Positions 1-12,978 of a stretch of DNA of 64,000 nucleotides are shown in pieces; position 1 is the stretch's first letter, and each line of letters opens with the position of its first letter. The DNA is from Octopus vulgaris. Lineage: Eukaryota. The translations under genes and the position numbers were made by a program. The notes beneath the pieces were generated by a model. It ran no database searches, was not told the DNA's origin, and saw only the letters and a list, made by a program, of their open reading frames with translations. The stretch lies in NCBI GenBank assembly GCA_951406725.2, contig OX597829.1, forward strand, positions 35,030,001 through 35,094,000, written 5' to 3'.

Positions 1-1718
1 AGATTGCGAAAGTAATTTCTCTTACGATATTTAATTACCGACGTTTTCTGTTTTCTTTTTCCAGCTAAGAGGGTCATTTGAATTAATTGAGAATTTTCTG
101 TGTATATTATTTAGTTGAACAACCCTTAACTTATTTATCTAAATACATAGCGTTGACCCACTGTAGCTATTTCCCATTTCTCATTTCATTTTTTAATTAT
201 GCAAATTGATACTAAATAAAAGACTTAGTAATTCTTTTTAGTGATTGTCCCCGATGTAATACTACACAGTTCAGATATTTAATTAGTCTTTTTTTTTAAA
301 CATGACAACTATATATCTGCCGATTTGCCATTAATGATTGGTACAAAAATGAATTTTAAAGAGAAAAATATCTTCTTATTTTCTTACTGAAAATATTCGT
401 ACAAAACTAATTGTGTCAAGGTAACTAACCGTTAGTAGAATGTTTCTTTACAATAGTCCTTTGTTTTTAGTGGACAGTAATATTTTTGAACTGCTTCTCT
501 GTAGTCTGTTGGCATTTGGGAAACATTTCGATGAAAAACGAACTTCGTAATCTCACGTTCATATCTACTCCTATATTTGTAGTTTCTGTTTCAGACTCTA
601 ATACATTTGTTCACTGTATATGGTTATGCTTAATAAAATGGCATATAGTTATTTGAATATCTTCCTTCGAAATATATGGATATTGCACAGAAGCAAGAAA
701 GGGGTCGCATTTAGCCAATAGTGAAGTATGCTGAAGATGCCTGATCGAATAAAAAGGAATAAATATCCATTGAACCCCCAGCGTATTGGAGCACTATTTG
801 AGAGATAAGAATTTGCCTCCTGGTGATTTTATTCTATACTAAGAAAGTAACCAGAATACCATTTTATGCTATTTACGACTGCAAGATTACTACTGCTATT
901 AACATAATCTCATCCCTAAAACGATGACAACGACGACGACGATGATAACTATGAACACCGCTCACCGCCACCGTCGCCATTATATAAATATATATAATTC
1001 TCTCTCTTTCTTTCTCTCTCTCTCTTTATATATATATATATATTTGTTTCAGCTCAGAGCTGCGGCCATGCTGATGCACCGCCGTTATATATATATATAT
1101 AATATAAATAATATATAAATATATATGCATACATACACATATATACGTACATACATATATTTGTATATACATGCATATTTGGGCACAGGACACCACGGAG
1201 CGTAAACAACATAAAATAAATATAAAATACGAAAACAAAACATGAAATACAAAATACGACAACGTGGAATACAAATTTTTTTGCGAACAACGAAAGAAAC
1301 AAACGAAAAACAAGACAGGCAACACGTAAAAACGACCCTTCATCAGTTGTTGGTTGTTTTTCTACTTCATATTTCGAGCATTTCACAAGATACGTTTTCG
1401 ACATAACAGTTGATCCCGCAAAGCAAATTAAATGAAATTTTGGATTTTACGGAGAGTCAAAGTTGATAACAAAATCAAGACAGTGAAAACTGACAGGAAC
1501 GGCTGCTAAGCCTAGACGAGTTAAGTTGGTGAACGTGGAGAAACAAGCTCTGACAGGAGACAGACAAGAATGCGTCCAACCCCTATGGCTGATCAGAGAG
1601 AAAGAAGGAAATTCAAGTAAGGAGAAGAAAGATGGCCGTCAGTCACGTGCGAGCCACGAGAGAGCAAAGGCGGAAAAGTGAAGGAGAGAGAGAGGGACAG
1701 ACAGAAAACGCCGTTCTC

Positions 1719-1973
1719 TGTGAGAGGATTTGGTAAACAGAAACTGATAGAAGCCCGTCGTATGTATATGCTTATATAAATGTATATGTTTGTGTGTCAG
1801 TGTTTGTCCCCCACCATCGCTTAGCAACTGATGTCTCCGTAACTTAGCGGTTCGGCAAAAGTCACCGATAGAATAAGTACTAGGCTTACAAAGAATAAGT
1901 CCTGGGGTAAATTTTTTCGACTAAAGGCAGTGCTCCAGCATGGCCGCAGTCAAATGACTGAAACAATAAAAGA
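1719..1973 (+). mobile_element. tRNA-derived SINE family A (octopus OR-type-like), 3' half
   Basis: Matches body and tail of the complete copies at 3056-3459 and 45217-45590 (gatttggta..ggaaactg, cttagcggttcggcaaaag, ccagcatggccgcagtcaaatgactgaaacaa). Confidence 0.85.
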
Positions 1974-2005
1974 AATATATATGTATATATATATAGGCAC
2001 AGGCA

Positions 2006-2052
<47 letters not shown>

Positions 2053-2308
2053 GTTTGTATATATGAGAAAAAATAAGTTCAAAAAGAACAAACCAAACTT
2101 TTGAGCGATCCAAAAAGAGAGAAAAATGATTTCTAATAAAGATTCATCATATTCGTAAAAAAAAAAAACAGCCAGAGCAAGTAATAAGAATATGAAAATA
2201 ATAGTTGAAAAAGTTCGTTATAGGTATAAATATACAATAGACAAGTATTAAAAATGGAGAAAAAAGATATTGAATCAAAATTAGATTTAATACAAAATTG
2301 GATTCAAT

Positions 2309-2405
2309 ACATACGCACGTTTCGAAAGACAATACAAATATGTAAGTAAAAAATTATAATCATAGTAATTATAATTAAATTTATGCATGTCATTCTCATC
2401 AGTGT
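2309..2405 (-). ncRNA. Type I hammerhead ribozyme-like motif with long AT-rich stem II (Penelope pLTR-type)
   Basis: Minus strand reads aca-CTGATGA-gaatgaca...tgtctttc-GAAA-cgtgcg-TA-tgt. Core intact, 3-bp stem I, near-palindromic stem III, GUA cleavage triplet. Confidence 0.65.
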
Positions 2406-2996
2406 GAGGAATTTTTGGAAGAACATCAAAAAAAGGTTTAATAAAATAAAACAATATAAAATAAAATAAGATATAATAAGGGTGGATACAGATGGGGTAA
2501 TAGGGAAAAATCGGATATTTTCAAACAAGTTGTAAAAGGGAAATATAATAATAATAAAAGTGAGAGAGTCGAAAAAGAAAAAGAAAGACATGTCAATGTC
2601 TATGGGAGCCTATATGTGCAGTAAACGATAACATAAAAATAAAAATCTTAAAGAAATAGTAACAGGTCGAGACGAAATATAATGTAAACAAGGCCACGTG
2701 TGTATAGTAGAATATAACGCAATAAAGCCATAAAGAGTTCTACATATACATATTAATATTGAAAACGAAAATAATATATATTACAAAAGGCTTAAACCTG
2801 ATAAGCAAGGAAAAGATACAATATTTAAGTAAAAATGTGCATACAAGCAGAGAAACAACCAAATAGAACTTAAAGAAAAAGCAACGATCACAGACAGGAC
2901 CGGCCAGTGTATTCAAACGTGTTCTCTTACTCAAAACTAGCCCGGGGATAAAATTTTATTAAAAGATAATTCTACCTTTTATATACACATATATAG

Positions 2997-3047
<51 letters not shown>

Positions 3048-3055
3048 TTCTCTTT

Positions 3056-3257
3056 CTCTTTTACTTGTTTCAGTCAGTTGACTGCGGCCATGCTGGAGCA
3101 CCGCCTTTAGTCGAGCAAATCGACCCCGGGACTTATTCTTTGTAAGCCCAGTACTTATTCTATCGGTCTCTTTTTGCCGAACCGCTAAGTGACGGGGACG
3201 TAAACACACCAGCATCGATTGTCAAGCAATGCTAGGGGGACAAACACAGACACACAA

Positions 3258-3288
<31 letters not shown>

Positions 3289-3457
3289 CATATATACGAC
3301 AGACTTCTTTCAGTTTCCGTCTACCAAATCCACTCACAAGGCATTGGTCGGCCCGGGGCTATAGCAGAAGACACTTGCCCAAGATGCCACGCAGTGGGAC
3401 TGAACCCGGAACCATGAGGTTGGTTAGCAAGCTACTTACCACACAGCCACTCCTGCG

Positions 3458-3459
<2 letters not shown>
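3056..3459 (-). mobile_element. tRNA-derived SINE family A, full length
   Basis: Minus-strand head ggcgcaggagtggctgtgtggtaag (A box) and ggttccgggttcagtccc (B box-like), internal (TA)/(TG) tract, tail gactgaaacaagtaaaa. (TA)n on both sides. Confidence 0.9.
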
Positions 3460-3522
<63 letters not shown>

Positions 3523-3619
3523 GAATATGTATATGTATATATATATATATGCATGTATAAACACATATATGTGTGTATATTTATATATTTACTGTATATA
3601 TATATATATATTTCGTTTT

Positions 3620-3790
3620 TGACAATATGACGACAAAAATCAACAAAAACAGCCCTCCATACTCTACCAACATGCCAAACACCAAGATGGAGCCAGACTG
3701 GGTCAACATCTACATTTATCCAACCACCGGAAGGGTTAATACTCAGAGAGATACGTAGAAGATAGTCATATCCCAATACCCACAGTCTAT
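3620..3790 (+). pseudogene. Possible degenerate Penelope GIY-YIG C-terminal fragment
   Basis: Frameshifted pieces SILYQHAKH / EPDWVNIYI / GLILREI resemble the SALYQH..H.IDW.N..I..RLILE pattern at the end of Penelope endonucleases. Confidence 0.3.
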
Positions 3791-3914
3791 ATATATACAC
3801 CTAGAGTTGTTAGCAGGCTGTTATGTACACACACACACACAGACATATATGTAGGTAAATGCATATGTAAGTAAACAGATAGATAGGTACATAAGTAATA
3901 CGAACAGACAAGTA

Positions 3915-4415
3915 CACACACATATACATACACAAATGAAGGCTGAAACACATTACCATATACACACACGCACACTTCACACACACACACACACACACAC
4001 AAGGAGACAGAAGTACACGCACAAATACGCACATACATATAGACACACAAACACATGAATATGCAGAATACATACATACAAACGTACACACACTCATATA
4101 TATATATATATATACATATAAATATGCATTCACAAACAGACACATACATGCATACACACACATACATACATGCACATATACATACATATGTGTATACACA
4201 AGCACACTGACGCACACACATGCGTACAAACAAACAAAAACACAAACAAACAAAAAGAACGCAGTTTTGATAAGAGTCAGAGTCAACGACTATTGAAAAG
4301 GTTTCAAGTCGCAGCGAAAATTTTAGAAAGAATAAATAAATGAGTGGAAAGCGAACCGGTGGGTGTATTAAGTAATAAGACACTAAAAGAGAATGACTCG
4401 CACCAGACAATAAAA
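3915..4415 (+). repeat. Diverged ~500-bp duplication, copy 1 (copy 2 at 9481-10025)
   Basis: Shared non-microsatellite anchors caaatgaag.ctg, catgaatatgcagaata, ctattgaaaaggtttcaagtcgca.cgaaaattttagaaa, ttaagtaataagacactaaaagagaat. Confidence 0.85.
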
Positions 4416-4794
4416 ATTCATATATTTTCTTTTACTCTTTTACTCGTTTCATCCCTGCGGCTGCGGTCATACTGGAGTACCACCGTGGTCTTTTTGATTT
4501 CCCCAGTTTGGAGTGTTGCACATGACCACTCCTGTATGTTCCTTTGTCCAGATGCTGGTCCATTTGGTGTATAGATATATATGTCATTTGATGTTTGAAA
4601 TTTTGTCTCTAAATAGAAATTCTCTCTCTTACGGTTATTTCACTCTTATAATAATACCCAGTGCATTTCTTTCATAGATGGAGGTAAGGATTAATTTTAC
4701 CTGGTTTCAATATTAATTTATTTCAGTTATATTGCATCCGTTATTATAACATTATCATGTGTACTTCATACAAAAAAAATCGTTCATGGTACTC

Positions 4795-4950
4795 GCCTTG
4801 GTAGAAATATCAGCTAAGTAACCCTCAAATCTAGCCTAACCGCCTTTATAAATAATAAAGAATGCAAAAATATATGTTGGTTATAGCCTGAACGCCTTCG
4901 ATTGTAGGTCTGTTCAGTCGGAATGATTAGCAGCTAAAAAACAAAAATTG
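4795..4950 (+). mobile_element. Degenerate SINE-like 3' fragment (related copy at about 6400-6585)
   Basis: Both copies carry tagaaa..., then ggt.a..gc..gaa..cct..gat..tagg-like blocks and an (aac)/A-rich tail. Heavily decayed. Confidence 0.35.
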
Positions 4951-5176
4951 CTAATTATTCAGAATATAATTAATATTATATGTGGGTTAATTATTTCTAA
5001 CTAATAATTTTTAAATAGATATTTTCAAATTTCATTGTCTATAAGAACCACATAAATGAATTGTAAAGTATTCTTGCTGACCATAGAGTTGATACGGCTA
5101 GTAAGAAAACATTAATTAATAAATACTACTCCGGCGTTGAGGGGAGATAAATACTGGATAAATGCCAGAAAGGCAT

Positions 5177-5571
5177 ACTCTTTACTCTCTTTTACTTGTT
5201 TCAGTCATTTGACTGCGGCCATGCTGAAGCACCGCCTTTAGTCGAGCAAATCGACCCCGGGACTTATTCTTTATAAGCCCAGTACTTATTATATCGGTCT
5301 CTTTTGCCGAACCGCTAAGTGACGGGGACGTAAACACACTAGCATCGATTGTCAAGCAATGCTAGCGGGACAAACACAGACACACAAACATACATATATA
5401 TATACATATATACGATAGGCTTCTTTCAGTTTCCGTCTACCAAATCCACTCACAAGTCATTGGTCGGCCCGGGGCTATAGCAGAAGACACTTGCCCAAGA
5501 TGCCACGCAGTGGGACTGAACCCGGAACCATGTGGCTGGTTAGCAAGCTACTTACCACACAGCCACTCCTG
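5177..5571 (-). mobile_element. tRNA-derived SINE family A, near full length
   Basis: Near-identical to 3056-3459. Confidence 0.9.
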
Positions 5572-8049
5572 CATCTCTAAATTTCAAAAAAAAAAAAAAA
5601 TTTACATGGACGCACATCAGCAAAATCACAAATTAGAATTCGAACCAATCATGCGGTGAGGAGAATTATTTGATTTTCTGCGAATGGCGGTGACATTTCT
5701 GGTCATGTCTCAGTGTTTTTGGACCTCTTCAGTGAAGCATAGTTGTGATCGTGACTGTCAAGTCTGTACTAGAAAGCGTGCAAGCATATTAATACACAAA
5801 AGTAGGAGTGACAACATAACACAATGGGAGAAGTGAGTAGCTCGGGGAGGCCATCTACATAGAAAATAATTAGTAAAGTAAGCACTAACATATTTAAAGG
5901 TCAATAAATACTTGATTTGAGAGGAAGCAATAATTAAACCAATTCGAAATGCAGAATAATTGTTAAGTGAGTGATAATGTAGGGAACATTCAATGTTAGA
6001 AATCTATGAAGTCATTGACTAATATTGTTTTGATGAAAAAGAGAAGCAATTACGGGAACCACCTCAGGACACGTTTTGGTCTTATTATGGCTTCATCAGC
6101 GAATGTCTAACGTTGCAGTACTCACAACAGTGTTAACGGAAACATCCTTAAGTAAATAGATAAGGTCGAAGATTGATTAACATGGGAAAATAACTGTTTA
6201 GAGAACTGAAAAACAGTGGTTAATTTAACATATTTAATATAGGGAGCATTAAAAAGTTAGCCAGAAATAATTAAGCTGTGAGGAAAGTAACACTAGAGCT
6301 TAGATATATACACAGCAAGAGGCTGAATAGGAAAAAATATTGGAAAATGTCCATATTGTCATAATGCATCTTATATGATAAACTACTACACGTAAAGTCA
6401 ACGATGGGGCGTTTAAGTGACCTACTAATTAGAAACACTAGCGGATACCTCCCCTATCATAGGAGACATTACATCATGTATTCTCTAGATATGTTTGGAT
6501 AAAAGACGGAATGGTCACGGCTGGAATTCCCTTTCATCATAATTCGGCTCTCCAGTACTGATAGAACAACAATACTACAACTAGAAAGTACAGGAAAACT
6601 AAAAGCTTGGTAAGTATTAAGCTCTCTATATTGTAGATGTTCTTTTGGTACTGTTACAAGAAATCACAGAAAATAATATCTGATCTTTACTCTGCTTCTT
6701 CAATAAAAGTACATGTCCTATCCATAGTCTTAAAAGAAACGGAATTGTTAAAGCGTCTACGATCAAAAGAATGTCTGAAAAACTTGCTCTTTTAGTACAG
6801 ATGGTGTATTATGTGCTTTAAAATTCCCCTATTTTACTTCGTTTAAATATTTATTACACACAAATGGTAGTGTTATGTTGGATGAAGAAATTCCCAGGTG
6901 TATTTTTGAAGCTAACATCAACAAATTCCGTTGATACCTCCTCTCTTCATTTTGGCGCGACCATTATGTAACACTAAAGAATTTAGTTGGATATGGAAAC
7001 GAATGTTCTGCTAAGAGTATCCGAAAGGCAAGGCTGATACATTATAAACGTATCAAACAATTTCAACAGATTTAATCCGTTCAACCTACATACCATCTGC
7101 TACATTTAGAGAGTGACAACATTAAAAAAAATATCAAAACAAAATTAAAATTCACCAAAAAGCAAAATAACTTTACCTGTTTTATTTTATCGTTTCTGTC
7201 ATCATTCTCCCATTTCTTTCTCTCTTTTTCTTTCCATCTCTTTCCTCTTTGTGTATCGGTATTCGTTCTTTCATTGCAGAGACTGTGAGACCCTTTAAGT
7301 AAACATTGAAAGTAGTCGATCTGACTTGTGATGCTCATGACATGTATATGGTATCGATGTGATATCGACTGGCAATTGGAGTAATTACCGCCACTTACAA
7401 ACGTTTATGTTTTCAAAACTGAAAGAGATGGTAGCAGGCAGGTGGTTTGCATCCACTCACTAGAACAGCATGACAAAAGTTCACGGTCAAACAGCTCCGT
7501 CGTGTGACTTTTAGAGGACCCTGCAACTTTTTGTTTCGAGGCTCCATCCCTTCAATCAAAATTCATAATCTACGCACCTTTTATTCATAGCTATGTTTTA
7601 CTTTATTCTATCTGAAGTTCAACATTTCATGTTATCCTAAAGAACATCTTTAAATGTACAAGTTAAATTTATTTAGGTCTATTACAAATTTCAATAAGTA
7701 AAACTTCCAGATATGAATAAAAGAGCACTTTTATAATCCAAGCAACTTTCAAAGACAAACGCGGCACACTTCTCACTTCGTGAAATCATCGATCAGTTCA
7801 GAATAATTAAGCCGAGGGCTAAGTTCATGTTCAGTAGATATCATAGACAATCCAGAAAGTCTGGTACACGTTCGTGGTACAATGTAATATTTTTACAAGA
7901 CCTTTTGCAGGTACAATGTATAGCATTTTATTTCTTGAAATTTTCAGTTAACATAATTTAATTCTTGTTCAATATTTTAACCAAAGTAAATAGATGTCTA
8001 AAATAAATGGTTAAAATATTGAACAGAAAAAACACACATACATACATAT

Positions 8050-9480
8050 TGTTGACGAGGAAAATCAGTTCCCCAGACACAAAACCTTTGCATCAATGGT
8101 CTCACTATCTCTCTTGTCCCACGCAAAGATTGCTACAAGTACCTTGACATAAATATTTATCGTACGAAGGTGTTGTGAATAATGATAGAGTGATCCAAGA
8201 ATATTATCCCAGTTTTAGAAAAATATGGAACTCTCTCCTCTTACAACAACGTAATATCCCACAATGCATTTGCAGTACCAATACTGTTTCCAACATTTGG
8301 GGTACTTGACTGGTCTGTAGATGAAATCCACTCCACGGACATTAAAACCCGTAAGATTCTAACATCAGCTGAAGTCTCCACAAAAAGCAGTGAAATCGAC
8401 AGGCTGTACCTAAGAATAGATAAAGGAGGTAGAGGCCTGTGATCAGTGCAGACAGCCTCCGAATGTCATACAGTCTCTCGCTGACAGCACTTGCTAAACA
8501 ACAGCAACAAAAATAATTACATAGACTTAGTACTGAAAAGTAAAGAAAACAATATCCTACGTGTTGGAAGTGAGCTCCTCATAAAGTACTCTCTTCCTGA
8601 TGACCTCCCATAGAACCCCAAACCAGCCGGACTAGCATACCTCAAAGAAGACCTGGAGGGGAAATGCTCAACATAGCTCCCCCCACCCCCGCCAAAAACA
8701 AATACAAAATACATGCACAGGTGTATTTCTCAAAGACTTGAAGATAGTAACATTGGCATGAAGCGAAGCCTCTCTTGGATTCATAACCGATGCATCAATT
8801 TGAAGGCTATGTATTTGCAATCCAAGAATAGGAGATTGCTACTAAATATCAACTCAAGAAAAGAGACAGTGAAGCCTTTGGAGTTCCAAGATACAACCGA
8901 AAAATATAGATTGTGTCATATTTCTGTGGAAGATATCACACGTGTGATTAGCAGCAAGCAGCCCAAACATGTCATCAAGGCACTACCTCCTTATGCGACA
9001 TGACGTTGTCGCAAAAACAATATACAATGCCATCCGGAAAAAATGACTACCCTGGAATAAATATAGAGAATAGCCCTGTTATTGAATATGCACACAAATA
9101 CCAGCACAAGGAATACTGGTGGAACATTTCCTTCAAAGATCTGTCTAGTGTAAGTATAACAGGCCGGACAGACAAGAAAAGTATGTACCGTCATAGAGGC
9201 CAGTTGTCCTACTGATGTGAATATCTGTTAGAAAAGCAAAGAGAAAGAAGATAACTATGGACGACTGATTCGAGGCCTCCAGTTTCTACATCCGGATTAC
9301 AAATTTACATTTATACCAATAACAATTGGAGAGCTTGGTTTTGTAAGTAAATGCTTAGCTGTCAGTCTGGATAAGCTTGGATTTTCAGAAAAAGAAATCA
9401 GCTAACTGATTCGCACATTACAAATACAATCTGTAAGCGGAACAGTTAAGCTATGCAAGACATTTTGTGCTTCAGTTTTC
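8050..9480 (+). mobile_element. Degenerate R4/Dong-like (RLE-type) non-LTR retrotransposon, 3' half
   Basis: Broken frames give [100 protein letters not shown] (RT thumb, CCHC-like knuckle, RLE endonuclease). Confidence 0.8.
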
Positions 9481-9518
9481 ACACACATACATATACAAAT
9501 GAAGACTGCAACACATGA

Positions 9519-9566
<48 letters not shown>

Positions 9567-10018
9567 GCACGCACACACACGCACACACACACACACGCAC
9601 ACGCATACACACACATTCATACATAACATACGCAGGTACGTTGTCACACAAACCCATACACATAGACACACTCAAACATGCACACACAAGAAGACAGAGG
9701 TACACGCACAAAAAATACATAAATACACACTCAAACGCACAAACATGAATATGCAGAATAATACATACAAACGTACACACACATATATATATATGCATAC
9801 ACACATACATACATATGTGTATACACATGCACACCGATGCACACACATGCTTACAAACAAACAAACAAATAAAAAGAACACAGTTCTGATAACAGTCAGT
9901 CAACAACTATTGAAAAGGTTTCAAGTCGCAACGAAAATTTTAGAAAAATAAAAGATGAGTAGAAATTGTGCCGGTGAGTGTGTTAAGTAATAAGACACTA
10001 AAAGAGAATCTCCCCAAG

Positions 10019-10025
<7 letters not shown>
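9481..10025 (+). repeat. Diverged ~500-bp duplication, copy 2
   Basis: Same anchors as 3915-4415. Confidence 0.85.
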
Positions 10026-10026
<1 letters not shown>

Positions 10027-10059
<33 letters not shown>

Positions 10060-10403
10060 ATATATATATATATATGACCGTGATCACCGTGACCGACCAG
10101 GCTATCAGATGTTGCTACACATCGCTGGTCACAATGCGCTTCGCATTGTTTTAGCCTTCAAATGACGCCACCCCGCTGGCTAAGCGAGCAGGCCAACAGA
10201 AAAAAGAGTGACAGAAAGTTGTGGCGAAAGAGTACAGCAGGGTTCACCACCACTCTTTTTTCTGTTGACCTGCTCGCTTAGCCAGTGGGGTGGCGTCATT
10301 TGAAGGCTAAAACAATGCGAAGCGCATTGTGACCAGCGATGTGTAGCAACATCTGATAGCCTGGTCGGTCACGGTGATCACGGTCATATATATATATATA
10401 CAT

Positions 10404-10435
<32 letters not shown>
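10027..10435. repeat. Inverted repeat 1: arms ~10027-10210 and 10251-10435, 40-bp spacer, built from a SINE-like fragment plus (TA)n flank
   Basis: gaccgtgatcaccgtgaccgaccaggctatcagatg...aaaaagagtg is mirrored by cactctttttt...ggtcacggtgatcacggtc. Only a few mismatches. Confidence 0.95.
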
Positions 10436-10439
<4 letters not shown>

Positions 10440-10464
10440 AGGTTTGGAGATGATGTACAGGTAT

Positions 10465-11623
10465 TATATATTAGAAAAAATGAGGTAATCAGATCGGATG
10501 GTTCATATTTATAGATATTTATTTATATATTACATTTTTTACATATATATCATATCATTCAGATCATATCATTCGGATTAGCGCTTTCTCCCAATCGAGT
10601 GGGCTTTTCAAATCAATTCCTTGTGGGTAATTTGAACATTTTATAGTTTCGTAGTAGTGGTGGGGAGGAATAAAACAGTATAAAAGGGTGAGGAGGAAGT
10701 GAGACAGAGAAAACATGTGTGTATGTGTATGTGTGTGTGTGTATGTGTGTGTGTGTGTGCGTTTGTATCTGATAGGGAAGAAGAAGTATTGTTATTCCGT
10801 TGGCCTACTGGACCCCCTGTGGTTTTCTAAGAATTTGGCTCTGCTCTCTGTCCAGTCTCGTGTCACTGAGTGTGTGTTGTGCGTAGGCTGGCCGGACAAA
10901 TGTCATTTGGGGTCACACTTTCTATGATCGTTTTGTGGAGGTGTGTGTGCGCGTGTGTGTGTCCGTGTGTGTTTTTGTATGTGTGTGTGTGTCTCTGTGT
11001 GTTTGGAGAAGGAGAGAGAGAAAAAAAGAGAAAAGGGAAAATAAAAATAAAAATAAATATAAAAATAAAAAATAATAAAAAATATAAAAAATAAAAAATA
11101 AAAGATAAAAAAATAAAATATAAAAAAATAATAAATAAAAAACACACACGGACACACACACACACACACCTCCACAAAACGATCATAGAAAGTGTGACCC
11201 CAAATGACATTTGTCCGGCCAGCCTACGCACAACACACACTCAGTGACACGAGACTGGACAGAGAGCAGAGCCAAATTCTTAGAAAACCACAGGGGGTCC
11301 AGTAGGCCAACGGAATAACAATACTTCTTCCCTATCAGATACAAACGCACACACACACACATACACACACACACACATACACATACACACATGTTTTCTC
11401 TGTCTCACTTCCTCCTCACCCTTTTATACTGTTTTATTCCTCCCCACCACTACTACGAAACTATAAAATGTTCAAAGTACCCACAAGGAATTGATTTGAA
11501 AAGCCCACTCGATTGGGAGAAAGCGCTAATCCGAATGATATGATCTGAATGATATATATGTAAAAAATGTAATATATAAATAAATATCTATAAATATGAA
11601 CCATCCGATCTGATTACCTCATT

Positions 11624-11637
<14 letters not shown>
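10465..11637. repeat. Inverted repeat 2: ~500-bp arms (10465-10976 and 11138-11637), ~160-bp A-rich spacer; arm is a repeat also present at about 33277-33550
   Basis: Arms are reverse complements with a few substitutions and microsatellite length differences. The ORF track shows the same peptide on both strands (10715+ and 11392-). Confidence 0.95.
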
Positions 11638-11682
<45 letters not shown>

Positions 11683-12055
11683 TCATTATTATTTTTAAAC
11701 TCTTCACAATTGCGAATCTGTTTTTCCTCTAAATGATATTACAATGATCTGGAAAGACGATAGCCATATGGAGCAAATAGTCAGGTGAGTAAGGAGAATA
11801 AGACATAACTTTCATATTCTTGTGACTTGGGCAATATGCTGTCTTGCATAATTGTATAAGAGCAACACTCCTTTATAACTGATTAATGATGGGAGCTTCA
11901 TTTGTAAATTTTTGTGTGCAATGCTTTCAATTGACGACAGTACTTCTTTACTAACAGTTTTATTTTGGCTTAACACTACATGATAAACGGCACCAAACAT
12001 AGAGCATAATTTTTTAGAGTGTGGTTCTGCTTTGGGGATGGACTTCCCTTTTTTC

Positions 12056-12777
<722 letters not shown>

Positions 12778-12978
12778 CGGACGTGCTGTCACTTCGGCTC
12801 CGAAGGTAATAGTTTATTTTGACTATTTATAGCCCAATTTTTGTGTACATTTTTGCAAATAAGATGTGTAAGGAAGGCACCCAACTTTCGTTTGAGTGCT
12901 TTTCCAAGGGAGGAATTCGCCCCTAGGGGCAGTTTCAACATCATTTCATTTCTGTAATTTTCTTCTCGACATTAGAAA

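Noticed and set aside
1180-1700. Repeat-like segment with CTGATGA (minus, ~1340-1347) and an upstream gctcGAAA, as a possible permuted hammerhead
   Set aside because: No stem I hairpin or properly placed GAAA can be built. Probably a decayed repeat, but not supportable.
7400-7460. FMFSKLKEMVAGRWFAS, resembling a mariner transposase C-terminus
   Set aside because: Only ~17 residues, with no TIR or catalytic motif.
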